DNA of 26,536 bases from Thermoplasmata archaeon (GTDB taxonomy: Archaea; Thermoplasmatota; Thermoplasmata; JAGHBH01): NCBI GenBank assembly GCA_030673205.1, contig DAOVJP010000001.1, forward strand, positions 1 through 26,536, read 5' to 3'. Within the stretch, counting starts at the first letter, position 1. Each line of letters begins with the position of its first letter. This document shows, piece by piece, positions 17,920 through 26,082 of the stretch. Made by a program: the position numbers and the translations under genes. The notes under the pieces are model-generated. The model made no database searches and was not told the DNA's origin. It saw only the letters and a list, made by a program, of their open reading frames with translations.

Positions 17920-19098
17920 TTACATCTCCACTATCATAGCCACGGCGTTCCCGCCTCCGAGACACAACGTGGCCAATCCTCTGTGGTCGCCGCGGTCCTT
18001 CATGGCATACATGAGGGTGGTGAGCACCCGGGCGCCTGAGGCGCCTATGGGATGGCCGAGGGCCACTGCTCCGCCGTGGACGTTGAACTTCTCATCGGGT
18101 ATTCCAAACTCCTTCTGGACGGCCACGGATGCGGATGAGAATGCCTCGTTGTGCTCCCAGAGATCTATATCCTCCGTGGTCAAACCGGTCTTTTCCAACA
18201 ACTCCTTTATGGCAGGCACGGGGGCCTCCATGACATCCTCAGGAACGACGCCGGAAGTGTGATATCCAACTATCTTGGCCATGGGCGTTATGCCCTTCTC
18301 CTCCGCCTTCTTCCGGCTCATCACGACCACCGCCGACGCCCCGTCCGATATCTGGGAGGCGTTGCCCGGGGTGATGATCCCATCCTTCTTGAAGGCCGGC
18401 CTGAGACGTGCAAGCCTCTCTATGGTGGTGTCCGGTCTCGGTCCCTCGTCAGTATCGAATACGATGGGGTCGGCCTTTCTCTGGGGCACTTCTACGGGGA
18501 CTATCTCGGCTTTGAACTTGCCTGTGTCTATGGCGGCGCAGGCCTTCTTGTGGCTGTTGAACGAGAATTGGTCCAGCTCTTCTCTGGAGAGGTTGTAGTG
18601 CTCGGCGATGCGTTCGCCGGTGATGCCCATGTGGAAGTTGTTGTATATCTCCCACAACCCATCGTTCACCATGGAATCCACCAATTTCCCGTCACCCAGA
18701 CGGTAGCCGACTCTGGCATCTTGTAACAGATAAGGGCAGCGGGTCATGTTCTCCATGCCACCTGCCACAATTATGTCATGTTCTTCGGTCCTTATGGAAT
18801 TGGCGGCGAACATTATGGTCTTGAGCCCTGACCCACAGACCTTGTTTATGGTCGTCGCTCCGACGTTGTACGGTATCTTGGCGCCGATGGCCGCCTGTCT
18901 TGCCGGGTTCTGTCCCAATCCCGCCTGGACCACCAGACCCATGAGCACCTCTTCCACATCTTCCACGGAGATGTTCGCTCTCTTGATCGCTTCCTGGATC
19001 ACTATGGTGCCTAGCTTTGGCGCCGGAGTGCCTTTCAGAGAGCCGTTGAACTTTCCCATGGCCGTTCTTACCGCTGAAACTATGACTGCCTCTTCCAT
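17920..19098 (-). CDS. Acetyl-CoA acetyltransferase (thiolase II, bacterial PhaA/AtoB-like)
   Basis: Motifs NKVCGSG, GGMENM, HNEAF, GHPIGASG and CLGGG. Start placed at ATG 19098 (MEEAVIVSAVRT). Confidence 0.93.
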   Translation of the reverse strand: MEEAVIVSAVRTAMGKFNGSLKGTPAPKLGTIVIQEAIKRANISVEDVEEVLMGLVVQAGLGQNPARQAAIGAKIPYNVGATTINKVCGSGLKTIMFAANSIRTEEHDIIVAGGMENMTRCPYLLQDARVGYRLGDGKLVDSMVNDGLWEIYNNFHMGITGERIAEHYNLSREELDQFSFNSHKKACAAIDTGKFKAEIVPVEVPQRKADPIVFDTDEGPRPDTTIERLARLRPAFKKDGIITPGNASQISDGASAVVVMSRKKAEEKGITPMAKIVGYHTSGVVPEDVMEAPVPAIKELLEKTGLTTEDIDLWEHNEAFSSASVAVQKEFGIPDEKFNVHGGAVALGHPIGASGARVLTTLMYAMKDRGDHRGLATLCLGGGNAVAMIVEM

Positions 19099-19222
19099 CT
19101 GAATCTCTCCATCGATGTCGTGCCTGGTATTCACAATTGCTTGCGACAAAAGGTTACCATGCCTCTTCGCCTCTCCTGATCTGAGAGGCTGTCCTACACA
19201 TGTCAGGGCTATATGCGCTCGG

Positions 19223-19236
19223 GTTTAAGTATTTTG
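19223..19236 (-). promoter_or_regulatory. Putative BRE-TATA promoter for thiolase-hbd-crt-acd
   Basis: Minus strand reads CAAAATACTTAAAC inside a 234-bp intergenic gap. Confidence 0.5.
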
Positions 19237-19332
19237 TACCCCCCCCCTCCGCCCATGTTCATTCCTCTGAGCTCGCTCTCCCATGTTATAGCGGATCGCC
19301 TAAGCTATACCCTAAAACGACTCCAAGAGACC

Positions 19333-20121
19333 TCATCTATCCTCGAACTTGGGATGCCTTCCCTCAAGGAACGCTCTCATCCCCTCTTTCTGGTCGTAGG
19401 TGTCGAAGAGCTCTGTCCACCTCTCCACCTCGAACGCTAACCCGTCCTCTATGAAGCTCTCGTGGAGCTGGTTGATCGCTCTCTTCGCGTTGAAGAGGGC
19501 GTGCTTTCCTTTGCTGGCCATAGTCTCCGCCAGGGCCATGACCACATCCTCCAGGTTCTCCCTCGGCACCACGTGATTGACCAGACCGATCTCCATTGCC
19601 TCGTGGGCGTCTATTCGTTTGCCGGTGTATATCATCTCTTTGGCTTTCGCGATCCCCACTATCCTAGAGAGGCGCTGGGTCCCCCCCCATCCAGGAATGA
19701 CGCCGATGTCTATCTCCGGCTGGGAGAACACAGAGCCCTCCGCTGCTATTCGGATGTCGCAGGCGCATGCAAATTCCACCCCGCCTCCCAACGTGTATCC
19801 GTGGATGCCGATGATGACCGGCTGGGGCATGGTCTCCAGCTTCCGGGCTATCCGATGGCCCATCTGGGCGAACCTCTTTCCCCCCTCGCGGTCCTTCGCA
19901 CTCATCTGTTTGATGTCGGCACCAGCGGTGAAGGCCTTCTTGCACGCGCTTAGGAGGACGAGCACTTTGACGTTCTCGTTCCGGCCTATCTCGTCGAGGA
20001 TGCTAGCGAACTCGTCCAGGGTCTCTTCGTTGAACACGTTCAGGAACTTGGGCCTGTTCAGTGTTATGGTGCCTATCCCATTTTTGATATCGACCTTCAG
20101 ATTCGTGGGCTCTTTTTCCAT
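19333..20121 (-). CDS. crt: Enoyl-CoA hydratase (crotonase) 2
   Basis: Motifs FTAGADIKQ, GGGVE and SQPEI..G.IPG.GGTQRL. Confidence 0.9.
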   Translation of the reverse strand: MEKEPTNLKVDIKNGIGTITLNRPKFLNVFNEETLDEFASILDEIGRNENVKVLVLLSACKKAFTAGADIKQMSAKDREGGKRFAQMGHRIARKLETMPQPVIIGIHGYTLGGGVEFACACDIRIAAEGSVFSQPEIDIGVIPGWGGTQRLSRIVGIAKAKEMIYTGKRIDAHEAMEIGLVNHVVPRENLEDVVMALAETMASKGKHALFNAKRAINQLHESFIEDGLAFEVERWTELFDTYDQKEGMRAFLEGRHPKFEDR

Positions 20122-20157
20122 GAGATTCCCTTCCGATAAAAGACGTGGGCTGTTAAA

Positions 20158-21309
20158 TCATTTTCCACTTTTCTTCGTGGAAGACTTTTTGGAGACGCCT
20201 TTCTGTTTCGGCGGCTTTGCCTCTTCTCCCTTCACGCTTGACCTCTCTCTCAGCCATTCGGACACTTGGGGCCACATCTTGGCATGGGCGGCCGAACTCA
20301 CTGAGAGACCTATATGGCCAGTCTTGAAGAGCATCAGCTTTTTGTCCTTGCTAGGTATCAGGTCGGTGAAGGACATGCTCGACTCGGGGGGTACCAGATT
20401 GTCGTATTGTGCGACGATGTTCAATACTGGCATCGTCAGTTTGTTCAGATACACCCTCTTTCCGTCGAGTTCAAGCTGCGACTTCACTAGGAGGTTCTGT
20501 TGATAGCACTTCTTCATGAACTCCCTGTACGCCTCTCCTGCCAGAGGTATCCCATCATTTATCCACTTCTCCATCCTGAAGAACATCCTCACGAACTCCT
20601 CGTTGTCCGCCTTGCCTGTGAACATCACGTACTTGGAGTAGAGGTTGTTGACCGGGTTGAGAAGGAGGAAGCCGAAGTTCAGGAACTCCCCTGGCACGTT
20701 GCCCACCGTGTCCACCAGCTTATCGGTGTCGAAGTATTCTGGCCCGGCCCAGAGGCGAAGGAGACCCTGGTCCGCCTCGAAGTCCAGTGGCGTCACCATC
20801 AATACTAGGTTCCTCACCTTTTCAGGGTGGAGTGCCGTGAACATGGTGGAGAGGGTGCCGCCCATGCAATACCCCAATATGGAGATGGAGTCCAGGTGGT
20901 GCCGGGTTCTGATGAAGTCTACCACATCGTTGATGTACCAGTTTACGTAGTCGTCAAGGGTGAAGTATTTGTCCCCCTCAGTGGGCGTGCCCCAGTCTAT
21001 CAGATAGACATCAAATCCCTCGTTCAACAGCCTCCGGATGACGCTCCTGTCCGGTTGTAGGTCAAGGATGTAAGGCTTGTTCACGAGGGCGTAGACGATC
21101 AGGAGCGGTACCTTGTGCTGCTCCTCGGTGATCGGGAGGTAGTGAAGCAGTCTCATCTTCCCGTCCTCGAATACCACATTCGAGGGGGTGGTCCCCACCT
21201 CCACGTCCGGGGGGTTCAACAAGAGTTTGAGCGCCTGTTCTCTCTTGCGCCACATCTCTTGCGTCTCCTCGAACTTGACCTTGAGATCCTCTCTATCGTC
21301 GGATACCAT
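20158..21309 (-). CDS. phaC: Class III PHA synthase catalytic subunit
   Basis: 383 aa. Motifs PLLIVYALVNKPYILDLQP..S, GFDVYLIDWG, lipase-box GYCMGG, FFRMEKWINDG, catalytic Asp (YDNLVP) and His (GHIG). Confidence 0.95.
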   Translation of the reverse strand: MVSDDREDLKVKFEETQEMWRKREQALKLLLNPPDVEVGTTPSNVVFEDGKMRLLHYLPITEEQHKVPLLIVYALVNKPYILDLQPDRSVIRRLLNEGFDVYLIDWGTPTEGDKYFTLDDYVNWYINDVVDFIRTRHHLDSISILGYCMGGTLSTMFTALHPEKVRNLVLMVTPLDFEADQGLLRLWAGPEYFDTDKLVDTVGNVPGEFLNFGFLLLNPVNNLYSKYVMFTGKADNEEFVRMFFRMEKWINDGIPLAGEAYREFMKKCYQQNLLVKSQLELDGKRVYLNKLTMPVLNIVAQYDNLVPPESSMSFTDLIPSKDKKLMLFKTGHIGLSVSSAAHAKMWPQVSEWLRERSSVKGEEAKPPKQKGVSKKSSTKKSGK

Positions 21310-21343
21310 TTCCTATCACCTGGCGTCCATGGGTGGCAACCGG

Positions 21344-22168
21344 TCAGCCCTTCACCTCTCTATTGTCCTTGGAGGAGTTGACGGTCCGTGCCACCTCGCT
21401 GATCTTCCGGTCCAGCTCGTGGAGCTTCCGATATATCTCGTCTATGTGGTCCTTCGTGGGAAGGCCTACCGCGCTCAGGTATTGCTTCATGGACTGTTGG
21501 CTCTCCTGGAGCATCTCCAGGTTCCGAGTAAGGACATCACCGTTCATCTCCGCGAAGCCTGGACGCCCTATCGCGTCCATGATCATCTTCGAGCATTCCT
21601 CGGTCCAGAGGTCGTTCAGCTCCTTCCACTTGACGGCATAATCCTTATCTCCCCCATCGGAGGCGAGGATGCTCTGTGATCTCTCCCACATCTCCCGCCA
21701 GAACTGGCTCAGATCTTCCAGATGGGCCGCATCCTTCACGGAGAACGCGTCCATCCACAGTTCGTAGAGGTCCTTCTGTCTCTTTATCCTCTCGTTCATC
21801 AGCCCTGTCAACTGCTCTCCCATCTTCGTGGAGTCCTCCGACCAGAGTTGGTAGAGCTCTTTGTAGGGGATGTCCTTCTTGCCAAAGAGGTCGACGAACT
21901 TCTGCCCCATCCTGTCCGAGTATTCGCCCCAGAGCTTCTGCATCTCTTCGAACCCGGGTTTGTCCTCGGTTGACACTTCGCCGAGCTTCTCACTCATCAA
22001 CTGGGCGTATTCTGACCATAGGCCGTACAGATCTTCGTATCTCTTTGCGCCTTCTTTTGTGAGCTCTGGAATCCTGTCGGTGAGGTCTTTCGATAGATCG
22101 AGCCAAGCCTCATAGAACTTCTCGTAGTCCTTGTCGTTCTGCTCCTTTTTGCCTTCGTCTTTTGCCAT
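21344..22168 (-). CDS. phaE: PhaE-like class III PHA synthase subunit with 29-aa internal repeats
   Basis: Immediately upstream of phaC. C-terminal GLPTKDHIDEIYRKLHELDRKI resembles the conserved PhaE C-terminal motif; all-helical composition. Confidence 0.8.
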   Translation of the reverse strand: MAKDEGKKEQNDKDYEKFYEAWLDLSKDLTDRIPELTKEGAKRYEDLYGLWSEYAQLMSEKLGEVSTEDKPGFEEMQKLWGEYSDRMGQKFVDLFGKKDIPYKELYQLWSEDSTKMGEQLTGLMNERIKRQKDLYELWMDAFSVKDAAHLEDLSQFWREMWERSQSILASDGGDKDYAVKWKELNDLWTEECSKMIMDAIGRPGFAEMNGDVLTRNLEMLQESQQSMKQYLSAVGLPTKDHIDEIYRKLHELDRKISEVARTVNSSKDNREVKG

Positions 22169-22207
22169 CTAGACCACCTGGACATGATGGGTAAGGAGAA
22201 GGGGAAA

Positions 22208-23158
22208 TTAGTCTTTTTGCTCGTCCAACTTCTTTTCCAGGTCCGCGACCTTCTTATTCAGGTCTGCGACCTCATCTCGTACCTTCTGAGGGCCAAAGAA
22301 GGGGAACATCGTCCAGCCCTTCTGGAAACCCGCCATTCTCTCGAAGTACATCTTATAGAGGCCCTCGTAGTCGGTGCCGGAGGCCTGCATGGTGTTGGTC
22401 AAACGTGCACCCATCTTCTCGGTCTCTTTGAGCCAGGTGCCATAGACGTTCTCGTAATCGTTCTTTCGCCCGTCGAAGAACTCCATCATGCTGTCTCCGA
22501 ACCTGTCGGACATGGTGTTCCACATGGCATTTATCTCGTTGGTATGGACCTCGTTCTCCGTGACCATGGTGTCCGTGATCTTGGTCATCTTGTCGGTAAG
22601 GTCATTCCACAGCTCGACCACCTTCTCGTTCTCGTTGGGGAGGGATACGAGCCTCGCGAACTGTGTGTTTATCGTGTTCGAGAAGTCGAACCAAGAGGTG
22701 TAGATGTCCTGCAAGGTGTTCTTTTCCGTCCCCTCCATCATCGGGGTGTTCTTCATGCTGTTCATCACGAAGTCCTGGTACATATCGGTCAGTGCTCTGA
22801 TGTTGGTCGTGTTCCTCTCAACGATGTTCTCCAGGCGAACCCCTATCTTGTTGGAGTAGTTCTTCCACACGTTGAACATCTCCGTGTATCCCTTTTCCTC
22901 CGCCTCCTCGTTCATGGGGGGTTTCAGCCTCATCGTCATGCTCTTGGAGAAGTCTTTCCAACCGTTGTACATCTTCTCGTATTCGTTCCTGCTATCTTTC
23001 AGGACGCCTGTGATCTGGCTCTCCATCCGCTTCGAATAGTCGATCCACGGGTCGAAGACGGTGGGGGTGTTTGGCATCTCTGGTCTCTCCGGCCTCTTTG
23101 CCCCGGGGGTTTTGATCGGGTCCTGCGTTCTCCTTTTTGGTGTTCCTGTCTTTTTCAT
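22208..23158 (-). CDS. 29-aa repeat helical protein: second PhaE-like subunit or novel granule-associated (phasin-like) protein
   Basis: SD AGGAGAGG. Basic Pro-rich N-tail, nine W/Y-anchored repeats and a C-terminal coiled coil. Lies between phaB and phaE. Confidence 0.65.
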   Translation of the reverse strand: MKKTGTPKRRTQDPIKTPGAKRPERPEMPNTPTVFDPWIDYSKRMESQITGVLKDSRNEYEKMYNGWKDFSKSMTMRLKPPMNEEAEEKGYTEMFNVWKNYSNKIGVRLENIVERNTTNIRALTDMYQDFVMNSMKNTPMMEGTEKNTLQDIYTSWFDFSNTINTQFARLVSLPNENEKVVELWNDLTDKMTKITDTMVTENEVHTNEINAMWNTMSDRFGDSMMEFFDGRKNDYENVYGTWLKETEKMGARLTNTMQASGTDYEGLYKMYFERMAGFQKGWTMFPFFGPQKVRDEVADLNKKVADLEKKLDEQKD

Positions 23159-23208
23159 GTTTTTCCTCTCCTCATTTTATTCTATCATAAGCTATCTATT
23201 GAGCTTGA

Positions 23209-24027
23209 TCAGATGTACATGCCTCCGTTTATGTTCAATACGTGGCCGGTGATGTAGGATGCGTCATCGGATGTTAGGAACGCCACCGCCTTCCCTATCT
23301 CCTCCGGCATCCCGAACCGTCTCAAGGGTATCTGGGCCAGTATCTTCTCCTTGACCTTGTCAGGTATCCCGCTGACCATATCGGTCTCTATGAAACCGGG
23401 GGCGATGGCATTGACCGTGATCTTGTTCCTCGCCAGCTCCTTCGCTAGGGATTTCGTCATACCTATGACACCCGCCTTGGAGGCCGCATAGTTCGCCTGC
23501 CCTATGTTTCCCATCTGGCCCACGATGGAGGTGATGTTTATGATTCTCCCGTGCTCGGATTCCATCAGATGGTCAAGGAACGTGCTCGTGCAATTGAAGA
23601 CGCCGTTCAGGTTGACCTGGATGACCTTGTTCCAGCTCTCTTGATCCATCTTCTTGAACAGCATGTCCACGTTGATGCCAGCGTTGTTGACCAGTATGTC
23701 TATCTTTCCGAAGTATTTCTCGACGACCGCGCGCATCTCCTCCACTTCACCAATGTGGCTTATATCCGCACGGTATGTCCAGGTGTCCGCGCCGATGGCC
23801 TCGGCGCCCATGGCCACCATCTCTGCCTTCTCCTCGCTCGAGCGGTAGTTCACCGCGACATCGGCCCCCGCCTCCGCCAGTGCTTCCACGATCGCCCTCC
23901 CAATACCCCTGGACGCCCCAGTCACCAGTGCTTTCCTGCCAGTCAGCCTCTGGCTGGAGGCCCGGGTACCCGGGTTCACAGCCGGGTCCCGTGCTTTTAT
24001 ACCCTTCACAGACTCCTCTATGCTCAT
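23209..24027 (-). CDS. phaB: Acetoacetyl-CoA reductase (SDR, probably NADPH-dependent)
   Basis: Motifs TGASRGIG, NYRSS, NNAGI, S..GQ.GN.GQANYAASKAG, PGFIET and NINGG. First gene of the phaE/phaC unit. Confidence 0.85.
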   Translation of the reverse strand: MSIEESVKGIKARDPAVNPGTRASSQRLTGRKALVTGASRGIGRAIVEALAEAGADVAVNYRSSEEKAEMVAMGAEAIGADTWTYRADISHIGEVEEMRAVVEKYFGKIDILVNNAGINVDMLFKKMDQESWNKVIQVNLNGVFNCTSTFLDHLMESEHGRIINITSIVGQMGNIGQANYAASKAGVIGMTKSLAKELARNKITVNAIAPGFIETDMVSGIPDKVKEKILAQIPLRRFGMPEEIGKAVAFLTSDDASYITGHVLNINGGMYI

Positions 24028-24122
24028 GTTCTCTCTCCCCTACGTTTGACTCGCTCACGGCGATCACGTTCATATGTCGTTGTTCGATCATCGTGGACGA
24101 TAGTTACAGACAGAAATCCCTC

Positions 24123-24139
24123 TAATATATGCTTTCTTC
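24123..24139 (-). promoter_or_regulatory. Putative BRE-TATA promoter of the pha operon
   Basis: Minus strand reads GAAGAAAGC-ATATATTA, ~95 nt upstream of the phaB ATG, in an AT-rich divergent gap. Confidence 0.5.
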
Positions 24140-24200
24140 AAACTATGTTAAAGAATGAGTGTGTATACTGTACATTTTACTTACAAATCACCTACAATTT

Positions 24201-24217
24201 GAGAAACTCTTATATAT
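24201..24217 (+). promoter_or_regulatory. Putative BRE-TATA promoter of the wHTH-PAS regulator
   Basis: GAGAAACTC-TTATATAT 60 nt upstream of ATG 24277; SD GGAGG at 24261-24265. Confidence 0.65.
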
Positions 24218-24276
24218 CTATACGGTCATATATCAACCAGACTGTCCTTTACCCCGGGCAGGAGGCCTACATCAAC

Positions 24277-26082
24277 ATGCCCACATTAAAACAGACACTC
24301 TCATATCTGATATTGGGGAAGAGAGGGGGGCAGAACAGGATACAGATCATCGAACTGCTCAAAGAGCGACCATACAACATCAACCAGATGGCCGAAGTGC
24401 TGGGCCTGAACTATCGCACCATCAAACACCATGTCGATGTACTTCTGGAACATGAGTTGATCAACACATCCAAGACCGGAGGGTACGGAGAGGTATATTT
24501 CCTGAGCCCCGAGATGGAAGAGAACATGGATCTCTTCGAGGGAATAGTGAAGAAACTCGCGAACATCACATCCTCCCCCAGATTCTTTCAGAGCGTGGTT
24601 GAACAGACGCACGACGCCGTCATAATCATAGACACCGATGGTGAAACCCTATTCTGGAACAAGAGCGCAGAGAAGATATACGGCTACAAGGAGAAAGAGG
24701 TATTGGGCGACGCCGTTCCCATCTTTTCATATTCCCGTTTCCTGGAAAAGATGATAACCCAGGCCGTAGAGGGAAGGAAGATAACGGCTTTCGAGACCAA
24801 GGCCCGTCACAAGTCCAGAGAGCTCATCGACGTGAGCGTCACGATAGATGCCATCAAAGATGAGAACAAGCAGATGATAGGATTCTCCATCCTATCCAGG
24901 GACATCACCGAGCGAAAGCGGGCGGAATGGGCGCTCCAGATGTCGGAAAAGCGTTTCAAGGAGGTCTTCGAGAACACACCGATCGGCGTGTACCAGACCA
25001 CCCCTGATGGGCAGATACTCATGGCGAACCCTGCATTGGTAGATATGCTGGGCTTCTCCTCGTTCGAGGAGATCGCCCAACGGGATCTGGAGGGAGAAGG
25101 ATTCCATCCAGACTACCAGCGTGCCGAGTTCAAACGCCGTATCGAGAAGGAGGGCGAGATCAAAGGACATGAGACCATCTGGATGAGAAAGGACGGCTCC
25201 AGCCTGTTCATCCGCGAGAACGCGAGGGTCTTCCGGAACGAGAACGGGAACACGTTGTACTACGAGGGCACGGTGGAGGACATCACCGAGCACAAAAAGG
25301 CCGAGGAGGCCCTGCGAGAGAGCGAGGAACGGTTCAAACAGGTGGCCGAGAGTGCCGGGGAGTGGATATGGGAGTTGGATGCCAGTGGCCTCTACACCTA
25401 TGCGAGCCCCATGGTCGAGGAGATGCTCGGCTACAAACCGGAAGAGCTCGTTGGAAAGAAGCATTTCTACGACTTCTTTGCTCTGGATGTACAGGAAGAG
25501 TTAAAGGAAGGGGCCTTCAAGGTCTTTGAGAAGAAGAAACCGTTCAGGAACTTCGTCAATCCCAATCTGCACAAGAACGGCAAGAGGGTCATATTGGAAA
25601 CGAGCGGCTTGCCGATATTGGACAAGGACGGGGGGCTCTTAGGATATCGGGGGGCCGATACCAACATCACCGAGCGCAAGCGGGCGGAAGAGGCATTGCT
25701 GGAAGCAAAGGAAATGTACGAAACGCTCGTGAGGACCTCCCCAGATGCCATAACGGTAACCGATCTGGATGGGAACATCACGTATATATCAGAGCGGGCG
25801 CTCGAACTCCACGGCTTCGACGAATCAGAGGAAATGATCGGAAGAGGAGCCTTTGAGTTCATAGCTCCCGAAGACCATAAGAAGGCGATGGAAAATCTCC
25901 AGCGGACGTTGGAAGAGGGGGTTATAAGAGGTGTGAAATACACTATGCTGAGGAAGGATGGGACCCGTTTCATCGGTGAACTAGACGCCTCATTGATAAG
26001 GGACGCACAAGGAGAACCAAAAGCATTTATCGCCATCACGAGGGACATCACCGGGCGCAAACGGGCGAAAAAAGACCTCTAG
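24277..26082 (+). CDS. One-component transcription regulator: ArsR-like wHTH plus four PAS/PAC domains
   Basis: 601 aa. N-terminus RGGQNRIQIIELL.ERPYNINQMAEVLGLNYRTIKHHVDVL. Four PAS repeats, each ending in a DITER/EH/GR(K) motif; no kinase domain. Confidence 0.88.
   Translation: MPTLKQTLSYLILGKRGGQNRIQIIELLKERPYNINQMAEVLGLNYRTIKHHVDVLLEHELINTSKTGGYGEVYFLSPEMEENMDLFEGIVKKLANITSSPRFFQSVVEQTHDAVIIIDTDGETLFWNKSAEKIYGYKEKEVLGDAVPIFSYSRFLEKMITQAVEGRKITAFETKARHKSRELIDVSVTIDAIKDENKQMIGFSILSRDITERKRAEWALQMSEKRFKEVFENTPIGVYQTTPDGQILMANPALVDMLGFSSFEEIAQRDLEGEGFHPDYQRAEFKRRIEKEGEIKGHETIWMRKDGSSLFIRENARVFRNENGNTLYYEGTVEDITEHKKAEEALRESEERFKQVAESAGEWIWELDASGLYTYASPMVEEMLGYKPEELVGKKHFYDFFALDVQEELKEGAFKVFEKKKPFRNFVNPNLHKNGKRVILETSGLPILDKDGGLLGYRGADTNITERKRAEEALLEAKEMYETLVRTSPDAITVTDLDGNITYISERALELHGFDESEEMIGRGAFEFIAPEDHKKAMENLQRTLEEGVIRGVKYTMLRKDGTRFIGELDASLIRDAQGEPKAFIAITRDITGRKRAKKDL

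Noticed and set aside
23209-24027. FabG of fatty-acid synthesis
   Set aside because: No ACP/fab genes nearby and it heads the phaE/phaC unit; sequence alone cannot fully separate FabG from PhaB.
23551-24276. N-terminal 242 aa of the 843-aa ORF
   Set aside because: Antisense to phaB and runs through the AT-rich promoter region; the SD and TATA support ATG 24277.
679-26060. Numerous overlapping or antisense ORFs in the track (e.g. 1036-1617, 13260-14333, 19577-20503, 22184-23257, 25467-26060)
   Set aside because: Shadows of well-supported genes in GC-rich coding DNA; no recognisable motifs.
26080-26082. Pyrrolysine or amber recoding
   Set aside because: TAG terminates 12 of 23 genes here at expected family ends, and the downstream frame loses PAS similarity after ~11 codons.
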